Shown: positions 10,388 through 18,322, counted from the stretch's first letter. The stretch: DNA of 64,000 nt from Ferrovibrio sp. (GCF_029255545.1 NZ_JANLJJ010000017.1:8488-72487); one strand, 5' to 3'. Made by a program: numbers and translations. Notes: generated by a model not told the origin, from the letters alone.

Positions 10388-10401
10388 ATTCAAAAACGCC
10401 A

Positions 10402-11460
10402 TTAGAAGCCCGTAGAGTCGTTTCTGCCTCCGGCAGCTACACCCCCTGCGGACGGGTCGCCGCAGGCGCTGGGCGAGTCAGAAATCGGCAGCGGCAGGCC
10501 CATCTTTAAGCAGATATACCCCTCCATCACCCGGCGGATCGCGTCCTGGCCCGACCAACGCGGGTTTCGCTGCTGGACCACCCAGATCAGAACCGGGGCA
10601 TCGGCTTCCAACTGACGCGCCCAATCGGCACCGGAAGCCTCGAGCGCCTTGACGATGTCGGCCGGCAGGTAGCGACCAAGCTCGCGGGCTAGGTCACGGA
10701 CATCGCTGCTGGCGAGCAGTTCGATGGGGAACTGGCCGGGGATTCCTGTCGCCTCGGCGTCTGCGAAATGGTGCTGGAGGTACGCGATGAAGCCGGCAAG
10801 GCCAGTGTAGCCGCGCGGGGCGTCAGTGATGGCGTGCAGGTAGACGGGCTTCTCAGGTTCGTCGCGGCGGCCCCGCCGCCAAAGCTCCCACGGCCCGCAA
10901 TCTTCACGCCGGCAGAGGAAGTCATGGACGGCCTTCATTGCCTTGCTGCGCCTCGGGAGATGGGCGGCAATATGCAGATGACGGTGCGGCAGCGTAGCTG
11001 CCAGTCCGACAAACGAGAGAGTGTCGCCGCCGGCCCGGCGGATCGCCTGATTGAGCTTGTCGAGGAACTGTCGAGGGGTTTCCCCGGAGGCTAAGTTGAT
11101 GCTCATGGCCGTATTCGGCTGCTTGCCGCCAAGGGCGGCTGACAGGCCAAACAGGCCCAGCTTTGTTGCGTCGTCGAAGTTTGAAAAACGCTTTTTCGGC
11201 TTCCAATCTTCAACGTAGAGCTTTGCATATCCCAACAGAACCGAAGTGTTCTCAATCTGCTTTGCGTTGTTATCGTTAGCAGAGAGAAGGGGCTTCTTAC
11301 GTCTATCCGAGGAGACTGTGGGGAGGGTGTTAGTGGTCTGATTTTCGAGTTCTAGCAGCATCTTGGAACGCTGCCGGCGGGAAGCTTGAACGTTCGGATG
11401 CAAGTTCGGAGCCTCCTCAGAGGGCACCGATTTGCGACGGGCAAGGGCGTCTGTTATCAT
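10402..11460 (-). CDS. Hypothetical protein, candidate HUH (Y1) rolling-circle Rep/relaxase
   Basis: 352 aa, GGAG RBS; ordered motifs AMSINL (I-like), PHRHLHIAAH (HUH, II) and FIAYLQHH (Tyr, III). Confidence 0.55.
   Translation of the reverse strand: MITDALARRKSVPSEEAPNLHPNVQASRRQRSKMLLELENQTTNTLPTVSSDRRKKPLLSANDNNAKQIENTSVLLGYAKLYVEDWKPKKRFSNFDDATKLGLFGLSAALGGKQPNTAMSINLASGETPRQFLDKLNQAIRRAGGDTLSFVGLAATLPHRHLHIAAHLPRRSKAMKAVHDFLCRREDCGPWELWRRGRRDEPEKPVYLHAITDAPRGYTGLAGFIAYLQHHFADAEATGIPGQFPIELLASSDVRDLARELGRYLPADIVKALEASGADWARQLEADAPVLIWVVQQRNPRWSGQDAIRRVMEGYICLKMGLPLPISDSPSACGDPSAGGVAAGGRNDSTGF
11432..11460 (+). promoter_or_regulatory. sigma70 promoter antisense to the candidate rep, overlapping its start codon
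   Basis: TTGCGA(11432-37)-N17-TATCAT(11455-60) with extended -10 TG at 11452-53. Confidence 0.6.
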
Positions 11461-11466
11461 CTACTC

Positions 11467-11528
11467 GCTCCATGCCCCGGTATGTCGGATCAATGCGATT
11501 GCAGTCGCACCGATTGCCGGGGCTTTTT
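11467..11528 (+). ncRNA. Predicted ~60-nt counter-transcribed RNA (ctRNA-like)
   Basis: Promoter immediately upstream; imperfect hairpin GCCCCGG(11474-80)...CCGGGGC(11517-23) with internal TCGG/CCGA and TGCGA/TCGCA pairs; TTTTT at 11524-28; complementary to the rep RBS. Confidence 0.5.
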
Positions 11529-11663
11529 CATTCTGAGGCCATGACGCCACAAGGGCGCTTTTGGACTCGTCGATTTTCAGGGAGCAGCACAGTCGCTCGG
11601 CCGCTTGGCGGTAATCATACGGCTGATCCAGGATTGAGTCAAAAACGCCCCCTCAAACGCCGA

Positions 11664-11688
11664 ACGGCGGCCCGTTGGGAGCCGCCGT
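11664..11688 (-). terminator. GC-rich hairpin downstream of the 52-aa gene (terminator or attenuator)
   Basis: ACGGCGGC/GCCGCCGT 8-bp stem, 9-nt loop; no adjacent U-tract. Confidence 0.35.
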
Positions 11689-11714
11689 CCTGCCGTCTTG
11701 GACTTGGTATTCGC

Positions 11715-11873
11715 TTAGTCAGCCTTCACCTCGACAGACAGTGCAATGTGCTTGTCGGTGAGCGGGTAGCTGTCGGTGCGGATCATCTCAGCGATGGCCT
11801 CCCGAATGTCAGCCTCGCTCATGCCCATGCCGTCGAAACGGGTGTCGGTGATGGAAATCTGTACTTGAGTCAT
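11715..11873 (-). CDS. Small hypothetical protein, 52 aa (below the ORF-track cutoff)
   Basis: AGGAGG RBS; MTQVQISITDTRFDGMGMSEADIREAIAEMIRTDSYPLTDKHIALSVEVKAD*; upstream TTGATT-N16-TATAAG (11930-11903). Confidence 0.7.
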   Translation of the reverse strand: MTQVQISITDTRFDGMGMSEADIREAIAEMIRTDSYPLTDKHIALSVEVKAD

Positions 11874-12000
11874 TGTTGGCCTCCTGTGTTGTCAGGCGAA
11901 CACTTATACTCAGATTCTTTAAAAAATCAATTATATCAATGTCTTATAGGTCATCGCTTATCATGCTGCTGGCCTATTGAGTGTGTTCATAAGCGGGCAC

Positions 12001-13209
12001 CTATGGCGGGTTTGATTGGTCGGAAGGATCGGCGGTATCGCTTGTCGTCTCTTCCGGCGTGTCGTCGTCCCCATATGTGTGCTTCATCGCTTCGATGCCG
12101 TCCTCTGCGCGCTTCTGCTCTGCGGCTATCGCGTTATCTAGCTCGACGATAAAGCGTTCAGCAAAGCCACGGACCTTAGCTCTCGGATCAGTCAACCAAG
12201 CTTCCATCCGCTGCCGGCGATCTTGATATACTTCCACGAAACCGAATTCGCCCGAGACAACGCCACTGCTCTCAATTGCAATTCGAATCTCGGTAAGAAT
12301 CTCATCCTCTTCAGGAATAGCCTCAACTAAGTCACGACAAACATCATCCATCCGAGCGTCGCCTTCATACTCACGGAGAACTTTAACGACAAACTTGAGG
12401 TCGCTAACTTCCCCTCCGGCAATGATCCGCTTTGAGTATTCAGACAGCGCGTCCGGGAATTCTGGGAAAGCGTTGTGTAGTAGGCGCGCGGAATATTCCT
12501 TCTGGTGCCACCCGGACCCGCGATGGATTAGTCGTGCAGCTTCCGCTACCAAATCAAAGTGTGGGGCGAAAGCATCCTTTAGATTGTGAAATTCATAGGG
12601 AACCGGCTCAAAATTCTCTGGCGCAATGTCCTTTTTATCCGATAGTTCAATACGGTCTGAAAACAGTTTTAGAACGATTTCTGGGTACCTTTCAGTTAGT
12701 CCCGCAAGTACCCACTCCTCGTGGATATCGACTTTTGAGCTGTAGATCAGAGTCGAGGCCATTCTCTCGGCAACTGTCTCAGAAAGGTGAGGGAGTATCC
12801 AATTCCGCTTTCTATACCAGACGGCATTGACCCATTTTCCGCTGTGAATATCGATGAAGAAATCCAAGCATGGAATGAAGACGTTGGCTTCCAAGTATGA
12901 AACGAAATCAGCACTTGCTTCGAAAGCAATTCCAAAAACTAGAACTGCTAGCATTTCATCTTTGTTATCAAGCGCAGCATCGGTGTAAATCTTTAAGTGG
13001 CCTGTGTCGATTGGGCTTGATGATTGCTCGTAAATTGCAAGTTGCCACAGGAATTTTCTCTCGCTCAGCCATTTCTCGACTAGCGCTCCAGCTTCACTTT
13101 TTAATTTTGACGATTTTAAACCAATCAGAAAATCTGGGATTGTTCGATCTGTCTTATCTGCACTCTGAACTCTTGTGAGAAAATCGAGTGCAACAGCAGG
13201 GGCTACCAC
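12001..13209 (-). pseudogene. Helical-repeat protein fragment (402 aa) resembling the C-terminus of large ATPase-type island proteins; possibly the 3' half of a disrupted gene
   Basis: AT-rich; GTG start without a clear RBS; in frame with the upstream ORF across one TGA; C-terminal SGEFGFVEVY...WLTD...FAERFI...AEQKRAE. Confidence 0.45.
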
Positions 13210-13230
13210 GGTCTTAATCGAGGATACTAC

Positions 13231-13797
13231 TCATGGCTGGTAGCTGGGACCGATCACAACTAGTCCACTTCCGTGCCTAAATGCACCAGCAACGATCTTG
13301 CGCTGGCCATATTTTACCTTCTGAGTAGCCCAAAGGACGGGGGCTATGTGAGGCCCTCGGATTGCAACATTAAATTCCGCTGCCGTTGGCATTGGCTCAG
13401 CGACGGAATTGTCAGGCTCAAGATCAGACCCAACATTCGGTTCTATAGTCAGATCAGTTAGTGGCCAGGTCGAATAGACAAGTTCTCGCAGCTCGTCTTC
13501 GTTGTTCTGAATTGAGAAGTTTAGTGGAAAAAGCAAGGTTCCACCCGCAGCGACCCAGCGCTGCAGCTTTGATGCTTTTGCTTGATAGTCCCGAGCCTCT
13601 TTTGTGTTTTTCAGCGGCACAATCTTATTGCTGTTGGAAAGCGATGCCATCACCTTGCGCGCGGCTTGCCCGTCAGGATGATCATTGATGGAGTTCCAGA
13701 TAATCCAGTCAAACTGCGCGAGGTCGGTGTGATCCAGTAGTGGGTACGATTGGCGCCGCGTTTCTCCGGCAAGCAACACATTGGCTTCTTTGGTCAT
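13231..13797 (-). CDS. Hypothetical protein, 188 aa (AT-rich cargo)
   Basis: Open frame with ATG; LQRWVAAGGTLL and HGSGLVVIGP resemble a glutamine-amidotransferase-like alpha/beta fold (weak). Confidence 0.55.
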   Translation of the reverse strand: MTKEANVLLAGETRRQSYPLLDHTDLAQFDWIIWNSINDHPDGQAARKVMASLSNSNKIVPLKNTKEARDYQAKASKLQRWVAAGGTLLFPLNFSIQNNEDELRELVYSTWPLTDLTIEPNVGSDLEPDNSVAEPMPTAAEFNVAIRGPHIAPVLWATQKVKYGQRKIVAGAFRHGSGLVVIGPSYQP

Positions 13798-14012
13798 TGA
13801 TCACCTTTTTGCCGTGCGTGTTCTTTGTTTAATAAAAGTGTGCCTTCCTCCAAGACTGAGATGGCACTCCAGTTCTGTTGAGTTGACAATGTTGACAAGT
13901 TTTTGGGGCCTCGCGAAATATTGATGGGCCTCGATTTCATCTAGACCTTCGTTTTTTTATTGCGTCGCATTTCGGATGTGCGAATCAATCTTGCTTCATG
14001 CTAAGCGACCGC

Positions 14013-14240
14013 TTAGCCCTTGGTCAGCAGCCCGTCTATGTAGAGCTTGACGTTGATGAGCATGGCATCGCGGGTCGGGCCGGCGATGATCCCATTGCTA
14101 GGCGATAGTTGAACCAGCCTCATAAGGGCGGGGTCGTTAGATGCCACATTGGCTGACCACTCATGGCTCATAAGTGGCGGGTTAAGCCATGTGATCTCAA
14201 ACCCTCGGTCGTGCTTGGTTTCAGTGTTCAGGCTGGCCAT
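14013..14240 (-). CDS. Small hypothetical protein, 75 aa
   Basis: GGGAGG RBS before ATG 14240 (MASLNTETKHDRGFEITWLNPP...); palindrome GCTAAGCG-AC-CGCTTAGC (14000-17) spans the stop. Confidence 0.6.
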   Translation of the reverse strand: MASLNTETKHDRGFEITWLNPPLMSHEWSANVASNDPALMRLVQLSPSNGIIAGPTRDAMLINVKLYIDGLLTKG

Positions 14241-14379
14241 AGCTGCCTCCCTTTGATTGCCGGCAATCCTAAGACGGCAACCGCGCGTCGCCCGACTGAA
14301 AATGGCGAAGAAAACCTCTTGGCAGCAGGCCGGGAGGCTGTTACATTTCATCGCAACGGACGTAGCGAAGGAATGTAAT

Positions 14380-15051
14380 ATGACCAAGTTCGTGGCGTAC
14401 TACCGAGTTTCGACCGACCGGCAGGGCCGGAGCGGGCTGGGTTTGGAGGCGCAGCGGGAAGCGGTCAGGCAGTACCTCGCTGACCGGGGCTGGCCTCCCA
14501 TCGCTGAGTTCACCGAGGTCGAGAGCGGCCGTAAAAGCAGCCGCCCCAAGCTGACCGAGGCGTTGGCGGCCTGCCGGCTGCACAAGGCCAAGCTGGTAAT
14601 TGCCAAGCTGGACCGCCTGACCCGTAACGTGGGGTTCCTCGTCAGCCTCCGGGACAGTGGGGTGGATTTCATCGCCTGCGACATGCCGGACGCCAATAAG
14701 CTGACAATCAATATCATTGCGGCCGTGGCAGAGGATGAAGCGGAGAGGATCAGCGCCCGTACCAAGGCCGCTCTCGCTGCCAAGGTGGCCCGTGACGGGC
14801 AGTGGGACCGGAAGGCCAAGCATCACCTAGTCCCCGGTGCGGGCCAGCAGCAGGCGACGGCAGCATTACAGGAGAGGGCGAAGGCGAGGGCGGCCGATTA
14901 TGCTCAAGAGATCGCCCGACTGCGGGCCACGGGCCTGTCGTCCCTGAGGGCCATTGCCGAAGCCCTGAATGAACAAGGCATCCCGACCACTCGGGGCGGC
15001 AGATGGCAAGCTGTGCAGGTGAAGCGGGTTCTGGACCGAGTGGCAGCCTGA
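14380..15051 (+). CDS. Serine recombinase (resolvase/invertase family)
   Basis: YYRVSTDRQ..SGLGLEAQ (catalytic Ser), ESG, RPKL..AL, LVIAKLDRLTRN; C-terminal LRAIAEALNEQGIPT.RGG.W. Confidence 0.93.
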   Translation: MTKFVAYYRVSTDRQGRSGLGLEAQREAVRQYLADRGWPPIAEFTEVESGRKSSRPKLTEALAACRLHKAKLVIAKLDRLTRNVGFLVSLRDSGVDFIACDMPDANKLTINIIAAVAEDEAERISARTKAALAAKVARDGQWDRKAKHHLVPGAGQQQATAALQERAKARAADYAQEIARLRATGLSSLRAIAEALNEQGIPTTRGGRWQAVQVKRVLDRVAA

Positions 15052-15073
15052 CCCCCGGCTATTCCTAAAATCG

Positions 15074-15102
15074 AAGGGCCGCCTGCTAGGGCGGCCCTTT
15101 TT
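15074..15102. terminator. Intrinsic terminator between convergent genes
   Basis: AAGGGCCGCC/GGCGGCCCTT stem followed by a T run. Confidence 0.75.
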
Positions 15103-15104
15103 CG

Positions 15105-15944
15105 TTATGCGGCTATCTTGCTCGATATGAGGTCCGGCTGTTCCCGGCACTTGTCGAGGATCATGGCTTTGACCTTTTCTGCATCCTTCCGGGGCAAGCC
15201 TGCCTTGATACCGATCCGCAAGGCGAGTGCACGAAGGCCGGCCATCCCTTGCGCGGTATGGATTTTATCAAGGTTACCCCTCGCTACTCCCAACTGCCGA
15301 GCGACGGCCTCGGCGACAATGGCGCTCTTTGCGGCCTCGCGCTGTGTCGCGGCCTCACTGACAGCCGCCCCCAGTTTGTCTGAGGTCGGGGTAGAGGTGT
15401 CCGTCTTTTCCTCTTCGGTCGCATCGCCGTCATCAAACGCGGCAGAGTGATCCGCCTCGACCGACTGCCTCATCTCGGCCGCTTCCTCGTCCGTCATCAC
15501 CCGAATGTGCATGGTCGAGAGCTTCTCAGGCTCGTTGGCCTGCCCCGGAATCAACCCAATCGCTACCATCCGATCTTCAAGATCGGCTACCGCTGCGGTG
15601 AGGTCGCGGAGGCTTTTGGGGGCCAGGCCGCCAGCGGCAGCGATGCGGGACGCTTCGTCCATCAGGTTGATAAAGGTGGCAGCCCGGAAATTCAGGATAA
15701 GGCGCTGCCGTTCTTCCTCGTTCTCGGTCGCCATCAGCTTGGCGAACAGGCGGTCGCTTTCCGCGCGCACCGCCCGGACGCTGGTTCCGGGTTTCAGGTC
15801 ATGCTTGATACCCCGTGCCTTTAGAACGCGGGACACGGCCGCCCGAGTGACGCCGCAGCGGGCGGCGATCTCTGACATCGTCACAGTCCCGGCTTCCACC
15901 CCAGCAATATCTTCGGGGGTGAGGTCAACCCGTCCGCAAAGCAT
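15105..15944 (-). CDS. HTH-containing hypothetical protein, 279 aa
   Basis: TMSEIAARCGVTRAAVSRVLK helix-turn-helix; TGATG overlap with the upstream gene. Confidence 0.7.
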   Translation of the reverse strand: MLCGRVDLTPEDIAGVEAGTVTMSEIAARCGVTRAAVSRVLKARGIKHDLKPGTSVRAVRAESDRLFAKLMATENEEERQRLILNFRAATFINLMDEASRIAAAGGLAPKSLRDLTAAVADLEDRMVAIGLIPGQANEPEKLSTMHIRVMTDEEAAEMRQSVEADHSAAFDDGDATEEEKTDTSTPTSDKLGAAVSEAATQREAAKSAIVAEAVARQLGVARGNLDKIHTAQGMAGLRALALRIGIKAGLPRKDAEKVKAMILDKCREQPDLISSKIAA

Positions 15945-16177
15945 CAGACATTCGCCGCCTTGCGCTGGTCGAGGCCGGCGCGGATACGCGCAGCACCACG
16001 AAGCAGGGAACGCTGCTGCTCGGCTGCGGCTTCGGCGAGGATGGCTTTTCGAGCGTCCGTATGTTCCTGCCGGAGCTGCATGAGACGCTTGTAGTCGGCT
16101 TCGTTGAAATCGACATTCTCATCGCCATCAACCAGACGGATATAGCGTTCTTCGAGTTCCTGACGTTCGGTAGACAT
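15944..16177 (-). CDS. Hypothetical protein, 77 aa
   Basis: TGATG overlaps at both ends; charged helical sequence. Confidence 0.7.
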   Translation of the reverse strand: MSTERQELEERYIRLVDGDENVDFNEADYKRLMQLRQEHTDARKAILAEAAAEQQRSLLRGAARIRAGLDQRKAANV

Positions 16178-16368
16178 CAAGCCTTGGTCCTTTTCATCGT
16201 CTGGGAGAAGCGCAATTCGTGGTAAACAAGGTCGGTTATGGAGATCAAGAACGCTGCGCGTTCGTCATTGGTCATATCTCCGAGCCGGTCGATGTTGCCC
16301 TTAACGTGTTCCGCGAGCGCAACGTGCTCTGGTGACATGGCGAGAGTAGTCACTGTCCGCTCATCCAT
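16177..16368 (-). CDS. Hypothetical protein, 63 aa
   Basis: TGATG overlaps at both ends. Confidence 0.7.
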   Translation of the reverse strand: MDERTVTTLAMSPEHVALAEHVKGNIDRLGDMTNDERAAFLISITDLVYHELRFSQTMKRTKA

Positions 16369-17051
16369 CACGCCACCGCCTTGATATGGCCGGCGATTGC
16401 ATCGATCTGGCCGAGAATGGCGGCAGTGGCGGCCCGTAATTCGATGATCTCGGCCATGACGCTGGGGGCGATGGCCGGCCTGTGGTCCGGGGTGCTGGCA
16501 GCAGCAGCCTCGGCCGCGATGGCAGAAATCTTTGCCGCCTGGGCGCGGATGCTGGCCCGCTTCGCCTCGATAGCTGCCTCGATATCGGCAAGATCAGACA
16601 GCTTGGCCTTGATCTCGCTGGCGTCGAAGGCGATCAGCCCGAGATTCTGTGAGAGAAAGTTCGCGTGGTCGATCTCCCGACAGCTTGTATCGAAGGCGAG
16701 CGAGGCTGCTAGGTCGGCGCCGTAGACACGGGCTTGAGCGGCAATCTCGAATGAAGCCGCTCCCTTCTTTGCCAGCTTCCGTAGATCGTCGGTGTAGGTA
16801 TCGCCGACAGCCTGCGCGTCGGAAAGCGTGGTCAGAACCTCGACGCGGCATGAGATTGCCTGCTGAACGACAGCGACAAGGCGCTTGGCGGCTTCTGCGG
16901 CAGTGAGCCGTTCCGCATCGCTATCGATGCCGGAGAATACGCCGACCATGTTGGAAGGAGCCGGAGCGAGAGCGATGCCAGCACAGAACGGCACGTCAAG
17001 ATGATGCTGTCTGATCTGGTTATGGACTGCCCGCGAAGCGACGTAGATCAT
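16368..17051 (-). CDS. Hypothetical Ala-rich coiled-coil protein, 227 aa
   Basis: First gene of the coupled operon; heptad-like C-terminal half. Confidence 0.7.
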   Translation of the reverse strand: MIYVASRAVHNQIRQHHLDVPFCAGIALAPAPSNMVGVFSGIDSDAERLTAAEAAKRLVAVVQQAISCRVEVLTTLSDAQAVGDTYTDDLRKLAKKGAASFEIAAQARVYGADLAASLAFDTSCREIDHANFLSQNLGLIAFDASEIKAKLSDLADIEAAIEAKRASIRAQAAKISAIAAEAAAASTPDHRPAIAPSVMAEIIELRAATAAILGQIDAIAGHIKAVA

Positions 17052-17081
17052 GGAAAGTGCCTGCCTTGATGAAATTAGCTA

Positions 17082-17117
17082 TTGACAAATGAAACGTTAT
17101 AACATGACACTTGTCAA
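17082..17117 (-). promoter_or_regulatory. 36-bp imperfect palindrome (operator-like) overlapping a candidate promoter of the four-gene operon
   Basis: TTGACAA-N7-GTTATAAC-N7-TTGTCAA; minus strand TTGACA(17117-12)-N17-TTTCAT(17094-89). Confidence 0.5.
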
Positions 17118-17300
17118 GTTTGGCTGTATTTGGCCAAATTTCCGCCCGTAGGAACGCTGAAATTGCTCAATTGAGCAATGCTATTGACGAAATGCCGGTC
17201 AAGGACTCATCATCAGCGGCAGTCCACAAGGGCGGTACACACGGAGAAATTGCCGCTTAATAAGTATTTGATCTTATTTATGAAATAGAGTTTTTGCTGG

Positions 17301-17321
17301 GAATCCTAGTCCCCCAGCCAA
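17301..17321 (+). repeat. attR core: duplicated tRNA-Gln 3' end
   Basis: Identical 21-mer to 8166-8186. Confidence 0.95.
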
Positions 17322-17432
17322 TCTTCTCTCTGACAAATTGGTTTTTTCCGCTGTCAGTTCTCACGTTTGTTGAGACTCAACAAACTATTGCGAGAAAAGC
17401 GATAACCTTAAACGAGGTCCGGCGCCGATCGC

Positions 17433-18131
17433 TCAGCGCGACGCCGCTTCCAGCCCTCTGTTCAGAAACCTGGGGAATAGGATGTTGTTCTCCAGGTGGA
17501 TATGGTCGACCAGATCGTCGATCAACTTGCGCAGCCCTGCGTATAATGCGTGCCAGCTCCGGCATGCATCGGCAGGGGGCATGCACCCCGCAGTGAGGGT
17601 TTCCAACTGGCGCAACATGGCGCCATGGCTCTCGTGATCGAGCATCATCATCTCAATCGTGCTCCCGATCAGCGGACCTTCACCCTCCTTGATCAGGGCA
17701 AACACGATATGCTCTTCCTTGCACATATGCATCTCCAGCTCCAGGCGCATCGTCTGAAGCAGCCTTGAGAGCCCTGCCGGCAGGGCCTGGTGTCCACCGT
17801 GGACCGCTTCAATCTTCAGCGCCAGATCGATCAGCCCGGGCAACTCCCGCCGGTGCGTTTCGTGATAGCGCTCGGTGATGTGATCGATCAGGTCCCGCGT
17901 CATGGTCGGCATCTGGCGCGACGCAGGCTGTGCTATTGCGGCGAGTTCCGTCTCGATCTGCGGCAGTATCAGATTTGAATGCCGCGCGGCCTCTGACAGC
18001 GTGAGATCGCCCCTGCAGCAGAAATCGATCCGGTGCGATCGGAGAACGGCTGCGGCAGAGGGAAACGAACGTACAATTTCGGCCAGAGTCCTGGACGAAA
18101 ACGATGCCGGGCCAGGTAAGAAATCCTGCAT
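17433..18131 (-). CDS. ric: Iron-sulfur cluster repair di-iron protein (Ric/YtfE/ScdA)
   Basis: IDFCCRG N-terminal domain; HITERYHETHR, HMCKEE.I.F, DHESHG and HIHLENNILFP hemerythrin ligands. Confidence 0.93.
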   Translation of the reverse strand: MQDFLPGPASFSSRTLAEIVRSFPSAAAVLRSHRIDFCCRGDLTLSEAARHSNLILPQIETELAAIAQPASRQMPTMTRDLIDHITERYHETHRRELPGLIDLALKIEAVHGGHQALPAGLSRLLQTMRLELEMHMCKEEHIVFALIKEGEGPLIGSTIEMMMLDHESHGAMLRQLETLTAGCMPPADACRSWHALYAGLRKLIDDLVDHIHLENNILFPRFLNRGLEAASR

Positions 18132-18217
18132 GGTCACCCTCGCTGGACAATTCTGCGGCCCGTCAGCGGCCTGCCCATGATGATGCCGCGAGAATATGCG
18201 GGACGGTCATGCCATCT

Positions 18218-18231
18218 TTGCGCCAGAGCAA
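18218..18231. promoter_or_regulatory. NnrR/FNR-type box between ric and the Crp/Fnr gene
   Basis: (T)TTGCGCCAGAGCAA(A), TTG-N8-CAA. Confidence 0.65.
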
Positions 18232-18322
18232 ATCAGACGGATTGTTGTGTTCCGGTTTCCGGAGCATTGCTGTTAACCTGCACATGCAAATATCAGGCAT
18301 CATACAAGCGAAAGTCCTTCGC

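Larger units (their letters stand above)
8166..17321. mobile_element. ~9.1 kb integrative element in tRNA-Gln
   Basis: Flanking 21-bp direct repeats, integrase beside the tRNA, AT-richer cargo, second recombinase and candidate Rep. Confidence 0.93.

Noticed and set aside
11472-12152. 226-aa plus-strand ORF
   Set aside because: Crosses the predicted ctRNA terminator, the 52-aa gene and the cargo 3' end; composition not protein-like.
13794-13940. 48-aa minus ORF (MKSRPINISRGPK...) with ATGA overlap into the 188-aa gene
   Set aside because: The overlap is suggestive, but the RBS is weak, there is no motif, and the stretch could be promoter DNA; not supportable.
17294-17596. ORF or second tRNA at attR
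   Set aside because: Only the last 21 nt of the tRNA are duplicated; no cloverleaf; the ORF is spurious.
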